Shown: positions 23,640 through 37,312 of the stretch, one piece after another
Position numbering within the stretch: the first letter of the stretch is position 1
How the letters are laid out: the number at the start of each line of letters is the position of its first letter
From: Oculina patagonica
Taxonomy: Eukaryota
NCBI RefSeq assembly: GCF_052425735.1
Contig: NC_135761.1
Coordinates: 35,216,001-35,280,000 of the forward strand
Direction: 5' to 3'
Length of the DNA: 64,000 bases
Position numbers and translations under genes: made by a program
Notes under the pieces: model-generated
What the model saw: the letters and a program-made list of their open reading frames with translations, nothing else
Told to the model about the DNA's origin: nothing
Database searches by the model: none

Positions 23640-24783
23640 TGGTCAAAATTTATTCTTCACTTAAACTCAAGCCTTCATTACTACGAGAGATATTGCTCAA
23701 GACAATCAATTGGTTATGTAAAGCGTCGCAAATGCTCCACTGCGTACCTATAATTAAGGATCTTGGCCATTTCTCTTTAGTCTAAGTGTTCAGGAGAGCG
23801 TGACACTTACGTGACTTTGTCGTGAGGTTTTGTTTAATGTCATTTTAAATGAGTGACAGATGTCAAGAGAAGGTTCGCGCGGTTTTGACTAGTTTTCACG
23901 AGGTTGGATATGTTTTTGACCGATTAAAAGTTGTGTTTATTTCCATCGTCGCAAGATGCCTTTCCATCGTTGCAACACTAAGCGTCGGAAGTCTTTTTTT
24001 TACGTAAATGAAGTATCTTCCCGTCCTCGAGTTATGCCCTTTTAGAAATTCTCCCACACAAAACCAAGGAAGAGAGTAATCTATTCGTTTAATAAATGTT
24101 GTAAACCGTTAGGTAATTCAGATATTTTTTTGGCCTATTTTCTATATAATTTATTTGAAAAAGCGGCTTAAAAACATCCTGGCGACAATGAGTTGGGTTG
24201 GTGACCCAATGATACCCCCTGTTAAGACTGAAATCTTTCGTCTTGTTGTGGTTTGTCAGGGAAAACAGGCGAGCTAGGGTAACCAATCCCTGGGGAGTCC
24301 CCCACAAATAACACAAGTGGCAAGCCTTCAGTCTCAGGATAATACCCTCGTGTATACAGTATGAAGTAGCCTGAATTTCAGCGGCTTCCTCGTGTCGCTT
24401 GCTCCCGAAACGAAATCAATTCGAAAACAAAAGCTGCTAATGCCGACGGTATCGTCACTACAGCTTATCTCATTGTATGTTAATTAAGATATTCGCATAA
24501 TTATGTGCAATTTTGAATCAACTCCAGCGCGGACAAGAATTCGAGTTTCTCCAAATCGAACTATCAAATTTGGAAGTCGAAATTTCGACAAATTATATCG
24601 TTAACTGGAAATTGAACTTTGTTAGTTCTACATCGACTATACGCCTTTTTTAATATGCTTTCGAATGAAACATTAATATAATTGTAATAGAAAGCCGATA
24701 AGTTTAACAGAATATTATTTGCAGTTAAATATGATGCAAGTTTGCCAAAATGCAATCAAAGTCAGCTTTAAGGTTTTCAAAAT

Positions 24784-25080
24784 TTAAGGTGGCTATGAAC
24801 CTCTCTAGATAGAAATTTTACTGTGCACAAAGTTGTATCACGACATGCTTATCATAACTCAGAAATAATAAATGGGGTTTACTGAGTTCGTTTTTGAGTT
24901 ATTAGCACTGAAAACTAAAGATTAAGGGTGTTTCTAACCGTTTATAACCATTAAGCAGATGACCACAATTTCTTTATCAATGATTAGACATTTGTTTGCT
25001 ACCATTACTGAAACAGCAACTGATAAAGGATGGTAGTACTGGCCATCAAAATTCAAGAACTGGAAAATGCTGGAAACCCT
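24784..25080. mobile_element. Possible Kolobok-type non-autonomous fragment
   Basis: Begins TTAA|GGTGGCT, a Kolobok-like end. Other end not located. Confidence 0.3.
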
Positions 25081-26404
25081 AACAACATGATCTGCATATA
25101 AATAAATAAAAAAATGGCGCAATGTTACCGGCAGCATTAGCGGCTCATGTTTTCAGACCTCGTATCAGGGCCGTGCGACTCGAGGAGACAGCTTAAAGTC
25201 AGGCTATGAATAAATATACGAGGGGAGGACCGGGAAACCAAAACATAACTACTCATTTAAATTTCAGATGGCTGCAAGTTAAACTGTACTTACATTTTCG
25301 CATTGTTGCTGTCTATTTGTAAAGGTAAAATACATAAATAAAATGTCTTTATTGCGCTTATTAAAGTACGTAACACATGGGAAGGCACATGAGAAGGCAC
25401 TTGATGGCTTCCTTTTACTCAGGTTAGTGACCTTTATTTGATTTATCATCACCGATCATACAGTTAAAGCATGCAGAAACGGATTTCTCGCAAATTTAAC
25501 ATATAAGAGGGTACGAAAAAAACCGGCTGTGATATCGCGTTATGTCATTACAGTGTGATACCTGTCGTCGTTCTGTCATTTAAGCATACTTGAGGTACAT
25601 TTTGCTACGAGATAAAAAGAACATACAAAACAACAAATTAAAACCCTCTTCAAGAATCCGGGCTGGAAGTTAAAAAAATTGCTGGCAAAATCAGCATTAA
25701 AATCAGTCACCTTGCTGGCAAATGAGCTATATAAACATCTCCTGGCTGGAAATTGGAATACTATTAAACCTGGCTGGCAACAACACCTTTGTAATCCCTT
25801 TCCTTGCTGGGGCTGAGGAGCGGCTCTTTTTTTCCCACGGTAGTTAAATATTTAACAAGGAGCACTCTACTGGTGCGTAAAACTCGTCAAACGTTATTGT
25901 AGAGCTTTTGGTGAAAATTCGTCGTTGAGCACTCCTGAATTAATTCAAATGAAATTAGAACTGAGGTTGAAAGATTTGGTCCTGTCAGCAAGAAACAACT
26001 GCTGACTTTATCTCCACTGTGTTCTTATTTGTTTATTGTTAGCACAAAAAGTAATAAAAAATTGAATGTTGAACTTGATAGATGCACACATAAAAGGCAG
26101 GTTAATAGAGCTAATTAATATGTAAAAGTGTCATTTAATATATGTGAAAGAAGTTGATCAGATCGTTTTTTATTGTGTTAAGACATTTTTAGTCAGATCA
26201 ATCGATTGTCGTTAGTCTGGCAGTAAATGCCTTTCCTTATGTGGGTTCAGTAGTTTCACCAAGTACAATTGAGTCAACATGAGGATGAGTATGACAGTTC
26301 ACAAACTTTGTTCCTTGAAGTGGAGCAGAATTGAGCAATGAATGATGCCATGTTGCCATAAGGACATAAGGAAATTCTGCTGCAATGAGTAGGGGAGAAA
26401 TTCA

Positions 26405-28182
26405 CCATTCTGTGTTGATATGACATTCAACCTTGGAAACTTTTATGTGGTCGTTACTACATACAGACATTTACAATTACAAACCAAACGTTGTGGGAAA
26501 GAACCAGTGATCTTGGGCCTAGTCATGATGTGCATGAAGAAAGCTAGGGCAACCTACCAATCGCTGTTCCAGAAAATAGCTGCCTATTGTCCTGAAATCA
26601 AACATCAACTGAAAGCTTACAGAACGGATGCCGAGTCTCTACTTCGACCAGCTCTTGAACTGGAATTCCCTTTTGCTCTGGGCTTCATCTGCAGGACACA
26701 CATCGTACGAAACCTGAACACAAAATTAAGTCTGAACGGAATTAAAATTCTTTAGGAAAGTAGTTGCAGATGTGTTTGGATGCAAAACCCATGAAGGTTT
26801 GGTCCACTGCAAGACTCGGCAAGAGTATGACTTTCTCCTTTCTAAGCTGTCTTCCAAATGGGACAAAGAGGAAACTGAAGAACGTAAAAAGAAAGGAGAT
26901 ACCTGTACTCAAGAACCAAAGGCATCAAAGTTTTTCTTGAAAAACAAGGTAGACATTGTCTACCATCACTGTAGATCTGGAGCACTCCGTGAGGTTGGCA
27001 TTGAGGAGGAATTATTTGACTACAATGATCCTGAAAGCATAAATGCACTGCTGAAGAAATGGGAAAACAGAGAAAAGAGTGACATTCCAAAGTTTGTTGA
27101 TGACATTAAAGAGTTACAAAGGCATGGCATTGCCAGAACATTTTGTGGTACTTCTGGCTTGTACACTGTTAAGGAAGAGTATGCCGAGTTTTGGAACCTC
27201 GGCCAGAGTGATAGGAAAGAGTATCTGAACAAAGTTTCAGATCTACCTCTGATTTCACTACAAACAAGAAAGAATCCACTGGAGCCCATTGGTCAGTTGT
27301 CCCAAACATTCTTACCCAGTTAAGTGTGAGCCATTGAAGCAAACGTGGCAAGAATTTTGGATGGCAATATACGCCTTGGCTTCTCCGGCCCAAAATCCCG
27401 CATAGTTTGCAGTGACTCTGGTTCCAAACGCCATTTAGTCTCTGCAGTTGGCACTCGCAAATACAGCTGTGATGCTTCCTGCCTGCAGTTCAAATCCTGA
27501 AAAATATGTTCACACACATTTGCTGCAGCCGCTGACAACAAACAACTACGGGAATTTGTTGATGAGTACCTCTGCAGTAACATCCCCCATAATGTGACAC
27601 AAGCCGCCACTGCTGGAGGGAACAAGATGGCAGGTCAGAAGGCTAGCGATCGCCCAAGGGTGAGAAAGAGGTGCAGTGAGGTGGAAATGTGCAAGTGCCA
27701 GATGCACCCTAGGAGAGGTGCTCTCTAATGTTCAACCCGATTTCGATCAATTAAACTACCAAAGTAAACACCAAGGTGGACTGAAAATGGTATTTAAAAG
27801 AGTATCAGCAGAGAGGCCGCCTAAACCTGCAACAACAAATTCTGGAGCAGACAAGCCATTTCAGTTAATTGAAATTCAAGGGAACATTCGGAAATGTTTT
27901 GGATGTGGACTTCTGCTCAAGGATGGCCCTTCGAGGCGCAGTGTGGATCCTTTAGATTCTAACTATTGTTTGCGTCATCAGGAGCAAGATCACTCAGAGA
28001 AGCACTGGAAGTGGATTCCAAAGTGGGAAAACAAGCATTACCACATTGCAAAAGAATGCGTCTTGAACAAAAATCAACAGTTTCAGGCATCCACAGTTAA
28101 AGTTTGTTTAAGCCACACTCTAACATCTAATTTCAAAACATTTTTGTCGGCCAGGCTTACCAAGATGACACTTTGCATATAA
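26405..28182 (+). pseudogene. MULE/Mutator-type transposase pseudogene with SWIM finger
   Basis: VDMTFNLGNFYVVVTTYRH...PVILG...LKAYRTDAESLL...EFPFALGFICRTHI (MULE DDE with CxxH). SWIM-like YSCDASCLQFKS*KICSHTFAA at ~27460-27530. C-terminal KCFGCG...HYHIAKEC. Stops and frameshifts. Confidence 0.75.
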
Positions 28183-28619
28183 TGGCGCCCAAATTTGAAT
28201 AACAATACTATGTACATCCTTAGCCTTGTGTGGATGTTTTACGAAATATAAGTATTGTCATTGAAATACATAAGTCGTTTATGCAAAGGGTCTATGTTAG
28301 TTGTGTTTAAATTCTCCTTTAGCTTCAAGCAAATCAGTATCAAGTGATTTCTAAAAGGAGGAGCAAAGTAGTTTTAGATTTTAGTACCTTAAGGTTACTA
28401 TTGTAAGCAGCTACTACTTTGAGCGATTTTAGCAAGGTGGGCAAAATCGTGTAATTTAATGCTCGCTGGTACTCGTAAATTAAGCATAGTGGACTTGAAA
28501 AATTCTTCAATCGAAAAGATCTTTCATATTTTATATTTCCTACGGATAAGAGGCTAAGTAAATGGTTAAAATTCTGGCGCCAAAAAGCAGTAGACAGAAA
28601 GTTTTCAGACGAGGCGATA

Positions 28620-29253
28620 AAGGCTTAAGATAAGCAATCATTTTCATCCTAGTGCCTACAGAAAAACATTGAACGGCATAAGAAAAACAAATGGTACTGC
28701 CCTGCCGACGATTTTCCACCCCATCGAGGAACGAACACCAAGAAGTGAGCAGTACGAAACAGTTACTAAGAAAAGACGACTCGATGTGGAGGCCCATGTG
28801 AATGACACGCACAACATCAAAAGATGCCTGTCAGTTGATTTAAATGGCATAGAAGTCGAAAATTCTGCTGCTGCAAACGATGTTTCTTAGTATTTTGGCG
28901 ATTTCCATGATGTTCAGCACGACCACTCTTACAGTTTGTGAGAAACCATTAGTAAACATCCACATGGTGAGCTTCAAGAATCTGAAGAATCGGAGCCTGT
29001 GTTCAAATCTGTAAGCTGTCAAACTGAAATGAGCATGCTTGATATAGAGCGATTACAGAGGGAATTAGAAAGCCTTCAAAATAAGCTTTCAGAAAAGGCT
29101 AGTCTGAAACGTGACTTGTCTATAGAAGATGTTCTTAAAGATGACGATTCTGTGAAATTTTACACAGGTATCCCAACACTGGGCTGTTTCAATATGGTAG
29201 TGTGGCTGATAACACCAGAAGCTAAAAAAACTAAAATACTGGGACAAAAATAA
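28620..29253 (+). pseudogene. ISL2EU/Harbinger-like transposase N-terminal remnant
   Basis: THAP-tail-like LPTIF, coiled coil after SVSCQT, then LKDDDSVKFYTGIPTLGCF, typical of the region upstream of DDE_Tnp_4 cores. No catalytic core present. Confidence 0.55.
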
Positions 29254-29274
29254 AGCGAGAAATGTCGTACGCCT

Positions 29275-29770
29275 GTGAAGATTCAACGGTTCACTCATAC
29301 TTCTGATGGAGAGAAGGTGATAATAAATGACATGACTCAGATATCTGTACCTAGTCAAACTTATTACTCTTTCCAGTTTAAAGAGAGCATCTCACGTACC
29401 CAGCATGTTTCAATTGGAGATATATTGAGTCGTTGCAATGAATGGGAGAACGTTACTTTGAAAGGCAAAGTTGTACGTGTTGGTGACACTAAAATCGTTG
29501 GTGCAAAAGAACTGAAGTTGGCGGAGGTTACGTTAGCAGATTCGACTGAAAGTATTGCTGTAGATGTGTGGGAACAGCACATTCCAATGATTAAGAATGG
29601 GAAAGTTTATCGCGTTACTCCTGTTCAAGTGCGTTCTTGGGGTGGTAAGAAGAAACTGTCTACCACTGTACATTCAGTCATAACAGCAATTACAGACGAA
29701 ACACTTTCAAAGGTATTCGTTTCTGAAGAACACTTATTAACAGACCAGTGTAATGAAATAGCAGTTAATG
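29275..29770 (+). pseudogene. OB-fold ssDNA-binding-like ORF, truncated by a LINE tail
   Basis: VTLKGKVVRVGDTKIV...LAEVTLADSTESIAVDVWE...NGKVYRVTPVQVRSWGGKKKLST follows the RPA/SSB-type OB-fold pattern. Confidence 0.65.
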
Positions 29771-30086
29771 CTCAGATGCCACTGAGCATCCGAAGACATT
29801 TTTAAGAAGAACCTAAAAACTTATCTTTTTAAAGAAGCTTATGACATTTAATTTTTATTTCTTATACACGTTTACTTTAAGTCCAGTTAAATAATCATGA
29901 TATTTTTAGTTTTTAAATTTTTAACTTTTAAAACTTCACTCTCTGCATGTATAGATATTTTAGCTCAATAGATTAATTTAGTTAGGTATTTTTATATTTT
30001 ATTTTTATATTTTAGCATAGTGATTGTAAAGCGCTATGAAAGACTAGCTAAATAGCGCTATAGAAATGATTATTGATTGATTGATT
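29770..30086 (+). mobile_element. 3' end of a CR1/L2-type LINE
   Basis: FKKNLKTYLFKEAY-like terminus, AT-rich UTR, gtaaagcgct...tagcgctata motif and (ttga)n tail. Confidence 0.6.
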
Positions 30087-30136
30087 AAAATGCCAAATAT
30101 TTTTTCCGTTAAGAGTGTTGAGAATTTTATTTAGAA

Positions 30137-30460
30137 ATGTCTTTTGATCTGTTACATAGCCCAAATGCAGTAGATGTCCGTGTAAAAGTTGAACCTGAAC
30201 CCAACAATGAAAAGGACAAGAATGCCGTAGCAGTATATGTCGAATATGGGTTTGACTGGAAACGGATTGGTTATGTAGCATCTGAACTAACACCGCATGT
30301 ACATCAAGCTATTAATTTAGGGGATTTGGTGAGGAGCGAATTTGGTCACATTAAATTTCGGGTTCACTGGATGGGACCAGGATTCTATATGAAACTGCTT
30401 CTCACAAAAAGGGGAGTATGGGACCACTACGTTTCATTCAAAAGCCGCAGTGTCTTGTAG
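30137..30460 (+). CDS. Stand-alone HIRAN-domain ORF (possibly the 3' part of a disrupted gene)
   Basis: VKVEPEPNNEKDKNAVAVYV...RIGYVASELTPHVHQAI is a clear HIRAN signature. Confidence 0.7.
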   Translation: MSFDLLHSPNAVDVRVKVEPEPNNEKDKNAVAVYVEYGFDWKRIGYVASELTPHVHQAINLGDLVRSEFGHIKFRVHWMGPGFYMKLLLTKRGVWDHYVSFKSRSVL

Positions 30461-31594
30461 AGACAAACCTTACCAATTTAAAACATGGTTTTAATTGTCA
30501 TATTATTAGTTGGTAAAAAATTGAAGTAAATGCATTTACATATTTTGCTTTGAAACACATGTACATACCGGTAGTTTGCTTTGATTTGTGGTATTTATTA
30601 GCTACAACATACCAATACTTAAGCTGAATACAATTATTTACAATTATTTACAAAGCAATGTAAAAATCAGCATTTACCAGTTTGCTGGTGTGAATAATGC
30701 ATTAAAAGCATTTCAAAGTACAACATTGTCTCCCATTAAATGTGTAACCATTTGCATAGGGCTATGCAAACAATGTCATAAAGAGTCACTGGATTTCCTT
30801 GGTTCCCTCTTTTTTACACTTATATGCAAGTATGAAAGAAAATGTAAGACACTTCAAGATGATGTTAAGCCCCTGGCCTGCTGTTTTGGTGGACAAAAAC
30901 TTATTTAATCTCTGAAACATCTCCTTGTGTTTGCATAAGTTTACCTTGAATATAACTTACTAAACTTCACCTACACTTTGTTTTCTCCTGTATCATGACT
31001 CAGTTTGCCAATATTATGTTCAAATCTGCCAAAACAATTGTAGACACAGCAAAAACAATTTTTTAAATTTAGTTCTGCCCAATTCAGGAATATGTTTCAT
31101 CCAACTTACATATCAAACTATTGCAGTTATGCCACCTCGTAACTAGTGTCAACATGCGAACTCGACACAGTTTTCATTCCTTGTGCCCAAAGCCCTTACT
31201 TATTGTTCACTATCTTCATGGAATCAGCCATATTACCCTTTTATTGACCTATTAACCATTAAAGGCACATACTGTGCCAAAAAAGAAAGAAAACATGCTA
31301 GGTGAACCACCTTCTATGGAATAGAAGTAGTAAAGCATCTTGAACATATAGTGAACATTCATGGATGGCGGAGCCGGGGGTTTGGGGTTGCTGCGATCGC
31401 CTAAATTTTTGGCTTAAAGGCTAGACTCTCGGTGTCCTCTCAGCTCGAGTCTTGCCGTTATATAGCTTACTTCGCATGTTCGGCTTATCCAGCCAATAGC
31501 AGAAAGTTTATTTATGGTGCCAATTTTCCACGCGAAATCTGAAGAAAAAGTACGCAACTACACAAGTACATCCCGGTACAGCGACAGGTACATC

Positions 31595-32040
31595 ATGGCT
31601 TCCTGTACTCCTAAGCAAGTGCGTTTAACAAAAACCACGAAAGTAGACGATGAAAGAATTAACGAAGTAGCTGTCAAAGCAGCCGAGCACACTATGCGAT
31701 GGGATGAAATTGCTCCGCTATATTTTACCTCATGGCTCAAAATATTCTCAAAAGCTCATGGGGCAGCGAAGGAGCTAATGTTCATGTCGATCCTGCCGGC
31801 CGTTTCTGCACTCCTCGGGCTAATATAGAAAATTTAAGCTTGTTTACTCTTTGCATTTGCCCTCCATAGGGTGGCAAGAACCAATGCTTTTCATTCGGAT
31901 GTAAACAGCCAGTTACATCGGTCGAAGACAAACATGCGAAGTGTTTACTTCTCGACAAATTTACTGAAGCTGGTCTTTGACAGCATATCATGCAAAACGA
32001 TGGCATCGCTCTTATAATGAATGAAGAAATGGAGGACACA
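31595..32040 (+). pseudogene. DUF3987/YfjI-like P-loop protein remnant
   Basis: WLKIFSKAHGAAKELMFMSILPAVSALLG then, in another frame, LFTLCICPP*GGKNQCF...LDKFTEAGL*QH...ALIMNEEMED (degenerate Walker A and B). Confidence 0.5.
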
Positions 32041-34099
32041 TTCAATCTGAACGAGAATGTGGGACACTTTGCCGGCTTTTCGACACGGACTCTGTGTATA
32101 CCAACAATCGAAGTCATGGGAGCCGGCAAACTATTGAGCACACCAGTGTTTCGATTGGTGGATTTATGCAAGTAAGCTTAAGTTGTTTTTGAGTATTATT
32201 GCACTGTCTGGGTATTTGCAGCTATTACAGACCAAACATCCACTATTTTTTTTTTAAATTCCATGTCTATTTAGAACGAATGATAAGGAAAAAAAAAACC
32301 CTTTTTGAAATAAAATTCAATATTTTCAACTTCTTGGCACCTTTAACACCCCTCAAGACATTAAAGTTTATGATTTTTTTTTAATTTAGTTTAAGCCCAC
32401 AGTGTAAACTTGGTCAACAATTGGTAAAAACAAGAACTATTAAAAACTCCCAACTTCATGTGAGGCTTGGGTCCAGTTATCCAAATAGGATAATTCTGGT
32501 GACAATTAAGTGATCTCACTTATAGTAAGGGGCTGATGTAAGTTCTTTTAAGGTTACTCTAGACCTTTACAGGCCAAATTTTGCGAAAAAAATTTCAATG
32601 CTCATTCTAAAGCTAAAACACTAATTTATAGTTTGGTGAAAAAAGTAATGTAAAATTGTCAAATGGTCGCGAGTTATTGAGGAAAAACCTCTTTTCAGAA
32701 GAGTTAATAAATAGCTAAAGGTGTAAGAACAAATCGAACAAAAACACCAGAAGCATATGATATGCTTCTGAAACACTCAAGAGCTTTCCTGAGCGAATTC
32801 ATCCACGCTACGGCGCTTTGGTCACTTTGTTTGGGATTGCCGGTCAGCCGATTTTGACTGCTATTTCGCCGCTGGTTTCCCGTTCTTTCCCGCTTGCTAG
32901 CGCTTCATTTTCTTTTTGTTTCCTGTGTTAGAATCCATTTTGGTTGTCCTTACTTTCCACATTACTAGCTGCTAGTACTCCAAATATTCGGGCCAAATTT
33001 ACGGTTCTGGGAACTTTTTTGTCCCCTTAAGCCACCGTACAAATCAATACGACCATGATTTGATTGCGAAATAATGCAATGGGCTATTTTGGTGAGGAGT
33101 CTCTGGGGGACGCAAGCTTGTGTTTCATTGGTTAGCGGCATGACTGCGTTGAAAACCACTTTGATGAGGTGTGATAAGCTTGCAAACCTTTTAGGAGCAA
33201 AAAACTCGGGCTTTATTTTTGCCATTTCTTTACTTCAAGCGAATTAATAGGGTATGTAGATTTGACAGATTTTTACAAAACTTGGCCAAAATGTTTCTTG
33301 GTTATTAACGCGCCAAAGTGTGTGAGGCTTTTTTAATATTTCAAATATTCCGTGTTTTACGCCTTCTTACGTGAAGAAGATTGGCAAATATTCTATTCGC
33401 CGACTTTACAATAGATTTTCTCAGCAACCAATAGGAATATCCAAAAAGCCTCACATACTTTTGTATTCCATTACCTGCTGATTGACACTGTCCAGTTTGT
33501 TTGGTCGTACGTGCGAACACGAAAACGGGTAATTCAATTTAGCATACATCATCAGTTAAGGCTTGCGCAAGCTTACCATTAGACCTAATCTTTAAAATAG
33601 TTATTTCTTTAGATTCTAAATTTTATTCGCTTTACAGTGATATATACTTTTTCAAGGTTTTGTAAAAAGAAACGCACATATGATTGATTTTCCGGAAGAC
33701 ACCCCTGAAGGTCTACAGTAACCTTCAGTGACCCTTTTTGCAAATTATTTGTATCTTTGAATGGTGAGAACCTTTCAGTAACTTTTTCAAAATATTTATT
33801 TGTGAACGCACGTATCCACCTGTTTGTTGTAAAAGTACACTGGTCAGGTTATTTTTATAAATTTCAAACCAACGTTAAAAATAAAGCTAATTACTCTTTT
33901 CAGAGCTTATTGATTGTCTCATCAATCTTAATACAATGATCATGAGATTCAGTCCATGCCCACAAAACAATATTTAACAATTAAAAGTGCTTGGTTGAAA
34001 AATAAACAAAATTAATAAATAATGCAAATATTTTTGTCTAAATAGTGTAAAAAGTGTAATATTATTTAACTGTCATTGGTTCAGTAAAGTCAATATTGT

Positions 34100-34815
34100 G
34101 AGTCACGCACCACAAACCAATTGAATGAAGGAAACAATTCTTAAGGAACTTTGTAAACCAAAAAGTAAATGTCGAGTTGTCTTGGCTGCTTTGGTTTTGT
34201 TAATGGATGTGGACATTCCGTGTGTACGACAGGTTATCCACATTGGTCCACCAAGGTCAGTGCGAGAGTACTATCAGGAAACAGGCCGGGCTGGCAGAGA
34301 CAACCAGAAGTCCTGGGCCACCCTCTACTACAACAATTATGATATAGCAGCTAACAAAGCAGGCATGACAGATAACATGCGGTTGTATTGCGGGAACACT
34401 GGTGTGTGTTAAAGGAAACAACTTCTGCAATTTTTAGATGCCTCCCCCCCTCAGGTGCCCTGCAGAAATCTTCATGACCGCTGTGATGTGTGTAGATCTA
34501 AATGTAGTTGTAGTGGTTGTCAAGAAGGCATTGTATCAAGTGACGAGCGAACCTCATTAACAACTTACTCAAACCTGTCAGAGGCAGCTGTTGAAAATGA
34601 TGATGCGCTAATGGATATTCTAGCAAAATATTTATCATCCCTTAAAACTAAGGGAAAACCTGTCAAACTACGATCTGGTCTGCAGTGTATTGACAGTAAA
34701 ATTTTGAGAGACATTGTTTCTAAAAGGCAAGAAATTTTTGTCATATTTGATGGCCAATTTTCAAGTATTTCCCAAGGCAGTTGCCAGAAGGAATTTTAAA
34801 AATCATTTCTAAGTA
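34100..34815 (+). pseudogene. RecQ-like SF2 helicase C-terminal fragment (AcademH-type)
   Basis: RVVLAALVLLMDVDIPCVRQVIHIGPPRSVREYYQETGRAGRD (motifs V-VI), followed by C...C-R-like and HDRCDVC Zn-binding region. Stop at 34410. Confidence 0.8.
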
Positions 34816-35286
34816 AACATTTCATTGAAAACTTTGTCATGGCCAAAAATTTCTAAGTCAGAGATCCAGTTCCTCATCATGATTGAACTTTAAAATACAG
34901 AAAGAACTTGAAGTAGCTAATTTATTCCTTCCGTTAACACTATTTACTGGTATGGGTTTTAGTTAAAATATAAAATATTCTCCGGTTCAATTTTACTTCC
35001 CCCTCTATTTTCTACTCCTCCCCCATTCCTAATGCTCCCATTTTCTGCTCCATTCCTATTCCTCCCATTTATTTTTCTCCCATTCATTCCTCCAATTCCA
35101 TCACACAGATTCACTTCCCTTTCCACTTTTTTTAAGATGAACAAAAACATATTTGCACACATGCCTACTGCTCACATTTTTCCACTCCATTCCTATTCCC
35201 CCCATTTATTTTTCTCTCATTCATTCCTCCAGTTCCATCACACAGATTCACATCCCTTAGTCCCTCTCCACTTTTTTAAGATGAAC

Positions 35287-35921
35287 CAACCTCGTCCCCA
35301 GGGTGCTTTTTCCTTTAGAGCGGGAGGGACAGGAAAAGGCCCTGGTCTCGGCCGGTCACATGGCCACAAAACACCCAAGAATCGCAGGTGTTTTAAGTTA
35401 TGTAAATTTCTGAGCGGCAACTAACATGCAAGATGACGGATCTTCATCAGTCAGCTGATCGCAGTCAAACCATAGTTAATAGAGGGAAGTGGTTAGGAAG
35501 CCGGGCAAAGTTCTTTGTTGTATGTTTTTGTTCGCTATTTTGGGGGTTGACCCTGCACAAAACCTGAGAAAATACAATAGGTGGTAACGTGTGTTCATGC
35601 AACTAACCAATAGAATCATAGCGATTACGTATTTCATGCATAGTGTATGAGTGCAAAACAAAAGATGTGCAGGGTCGTGGACCTTCCAACATAAATATTG
35701 GCCTCTTTGTTTGCTCCTTTGATGTTTGCCGGGCTTCCTAACCATTTTCCTATATTAACTATGGTCAAACAAAGTTCTTAACCGTGCTTCGCCAAATTAA
35801 GATCGCTTTAAACTACGGCGAATTTCTGTCTCTTTTTCAAAAACTGCTTCAGGTCAAGTGCTTCGAATATATTCTCAAAGGACACGATGTTATTGGCGTT
35901 CTTCCAATGGGATTTAGAAAA
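35287..35921 (+). mobile_element. Left end of an AcademH-type element with RecQ motif 0/I fragment, interrupted at ~35922
   Basis: Starts caacctcgtccccagggtgc with a subterminal hairpin (…ggaaaaggccctgg). 35841-35921 reads KLLQVKCFEYILKGHDVIGVLPMGFRK, a degenerate RecQ LPTGFGKS. Confidence 0.65.
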
Positions 35922-36042
35922 TAATAAGGCATATACTTCATGGTAGAAAGCCACGAGTGCACCCGAGGTATATACTTCATGTAATAGTAATTGTACTGTC
36001 GCTTGCTCGGTGTATTGATGGTAGTTATCGTTATTGTTTGCA

Positions 36043-37312
36043 ATTGTTGGTAGTTGTTGGTTGTTACTAGTAGTTGCTGGTTGTTATTAGTAGTTACTGG
36101 TAGTTGCTGGTAGTTACTAGTAGTTGTTGGTTGTTACTAGTAGTTGTTGGTTGTTAATAGTAGTTGCTGGTAGTTGCTAGTAGTTACTAGTGGTTGATGG
36201 TTGTTAATAGTAGTTGCTGGTTGTTAATAGTAGTTGTTGGTTGTTAATAGTAGTTGTTGGTTGTTAATAGTAGTTACTAGTAGTTGCTGGTAGTTGCTAG
36301 TAGTTACTAGTGGTTGATGGTTGTTAATAGTAGTTGCTGGTTGTTAATAGTAGTTGTTGGTTGTTAATAGTAGTTGTTGGTTGTTAATAGTAGTTACTAG
36401 TAGTTGCTGGTAGTTGCTAGTAGTTACTAGTGGTTGATGGTTGTTACTAGTAGTTGTTGGTTGTTACTAGTAGTTGCTGGTAGTTGTTGGTTGTTACTAG
36501 TAGTTGTTGGTTGTTACTAGTAGTTGTTGGTAGTTACTGGTAGCTGTTTGTTGTTACTAGTAGTTACTGGTAGTTACGGGTAGTTGTTGGTTGTTACTAG
36601 TAGTTGCTGGTAGTTACTAGTAGTTGTTGGTTGTTAATAGTAGTTGCTGGTAGTTTTTGTAGTTACTAGTAGTTGCTGGTAGTTGCTAGTAGTTACTAGT
36701 GGTTGATGGTTGTTGCTGGTAGTTGTTGGTTGTTACTAGTAGTTGCTGGTAGTTACTGGTAGTTGTTGGTTGTTACTAGTAGTTGCTGGTAGTTAATGGT
36801 AGTTGTTGGTAGTTACTAGTAGTTGTTGGTAGTTGTTGGTTGTTACTAGTAGTTGTTGGTAGTTGCTGGTAGTTACTGGTAGTTGTTGGTAGTTACTGGT
36901 AGTTGTTGGTAGTTACTGGTAGTTGTTGGTTGTTACTGGTAGTTGTTGGTTGTTGCTGGTAGTTACTGGTAGTTGTTGGTAGTTACTAGTAGTTGTTGGT
37001 AGTTACTAGTAGTTGTTGCTGGTAGTTACTGGTAGTTATTGGTTGTTACTAGTAGTTGCTGGTAGTTACTGGTAGTTACTGGTAGTTGTTGGTAGTTACT
37101 GGTAGTTGTTGGTTGTTACTAGTAGTTGCTGGTAGTTGTTGGTAGTTACTGGTAGTTGTTGGTTGTTATTAGTAGTTGCTGGTAGTTGATGGTTATTACT
37201 AGTAGTTGTTGGTAGTTACTGGTAGTTGTTGGTTGTTACTAGTAGTTGCTGGTAGTTACTGGTAGTTATTGGTTGTTACTAGTAGTTGCTGGTAGTTGTT
37301 GGTAGTTACTAG
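36043..37312 (-). repeat. 10-bp minisatellite array A, (GGTAGTTACT)n and variants; reverse complement of array B
   Basis: Direct inspection of ~1.27 kb of 10-bp periodic sequence. Confidence 0.97.

Noticed and set aside
13200-25200. TIRs and TSD of the P-like element
   Set aside because: No convincing inverted terminal pair found by eye; boundaries left undefined.
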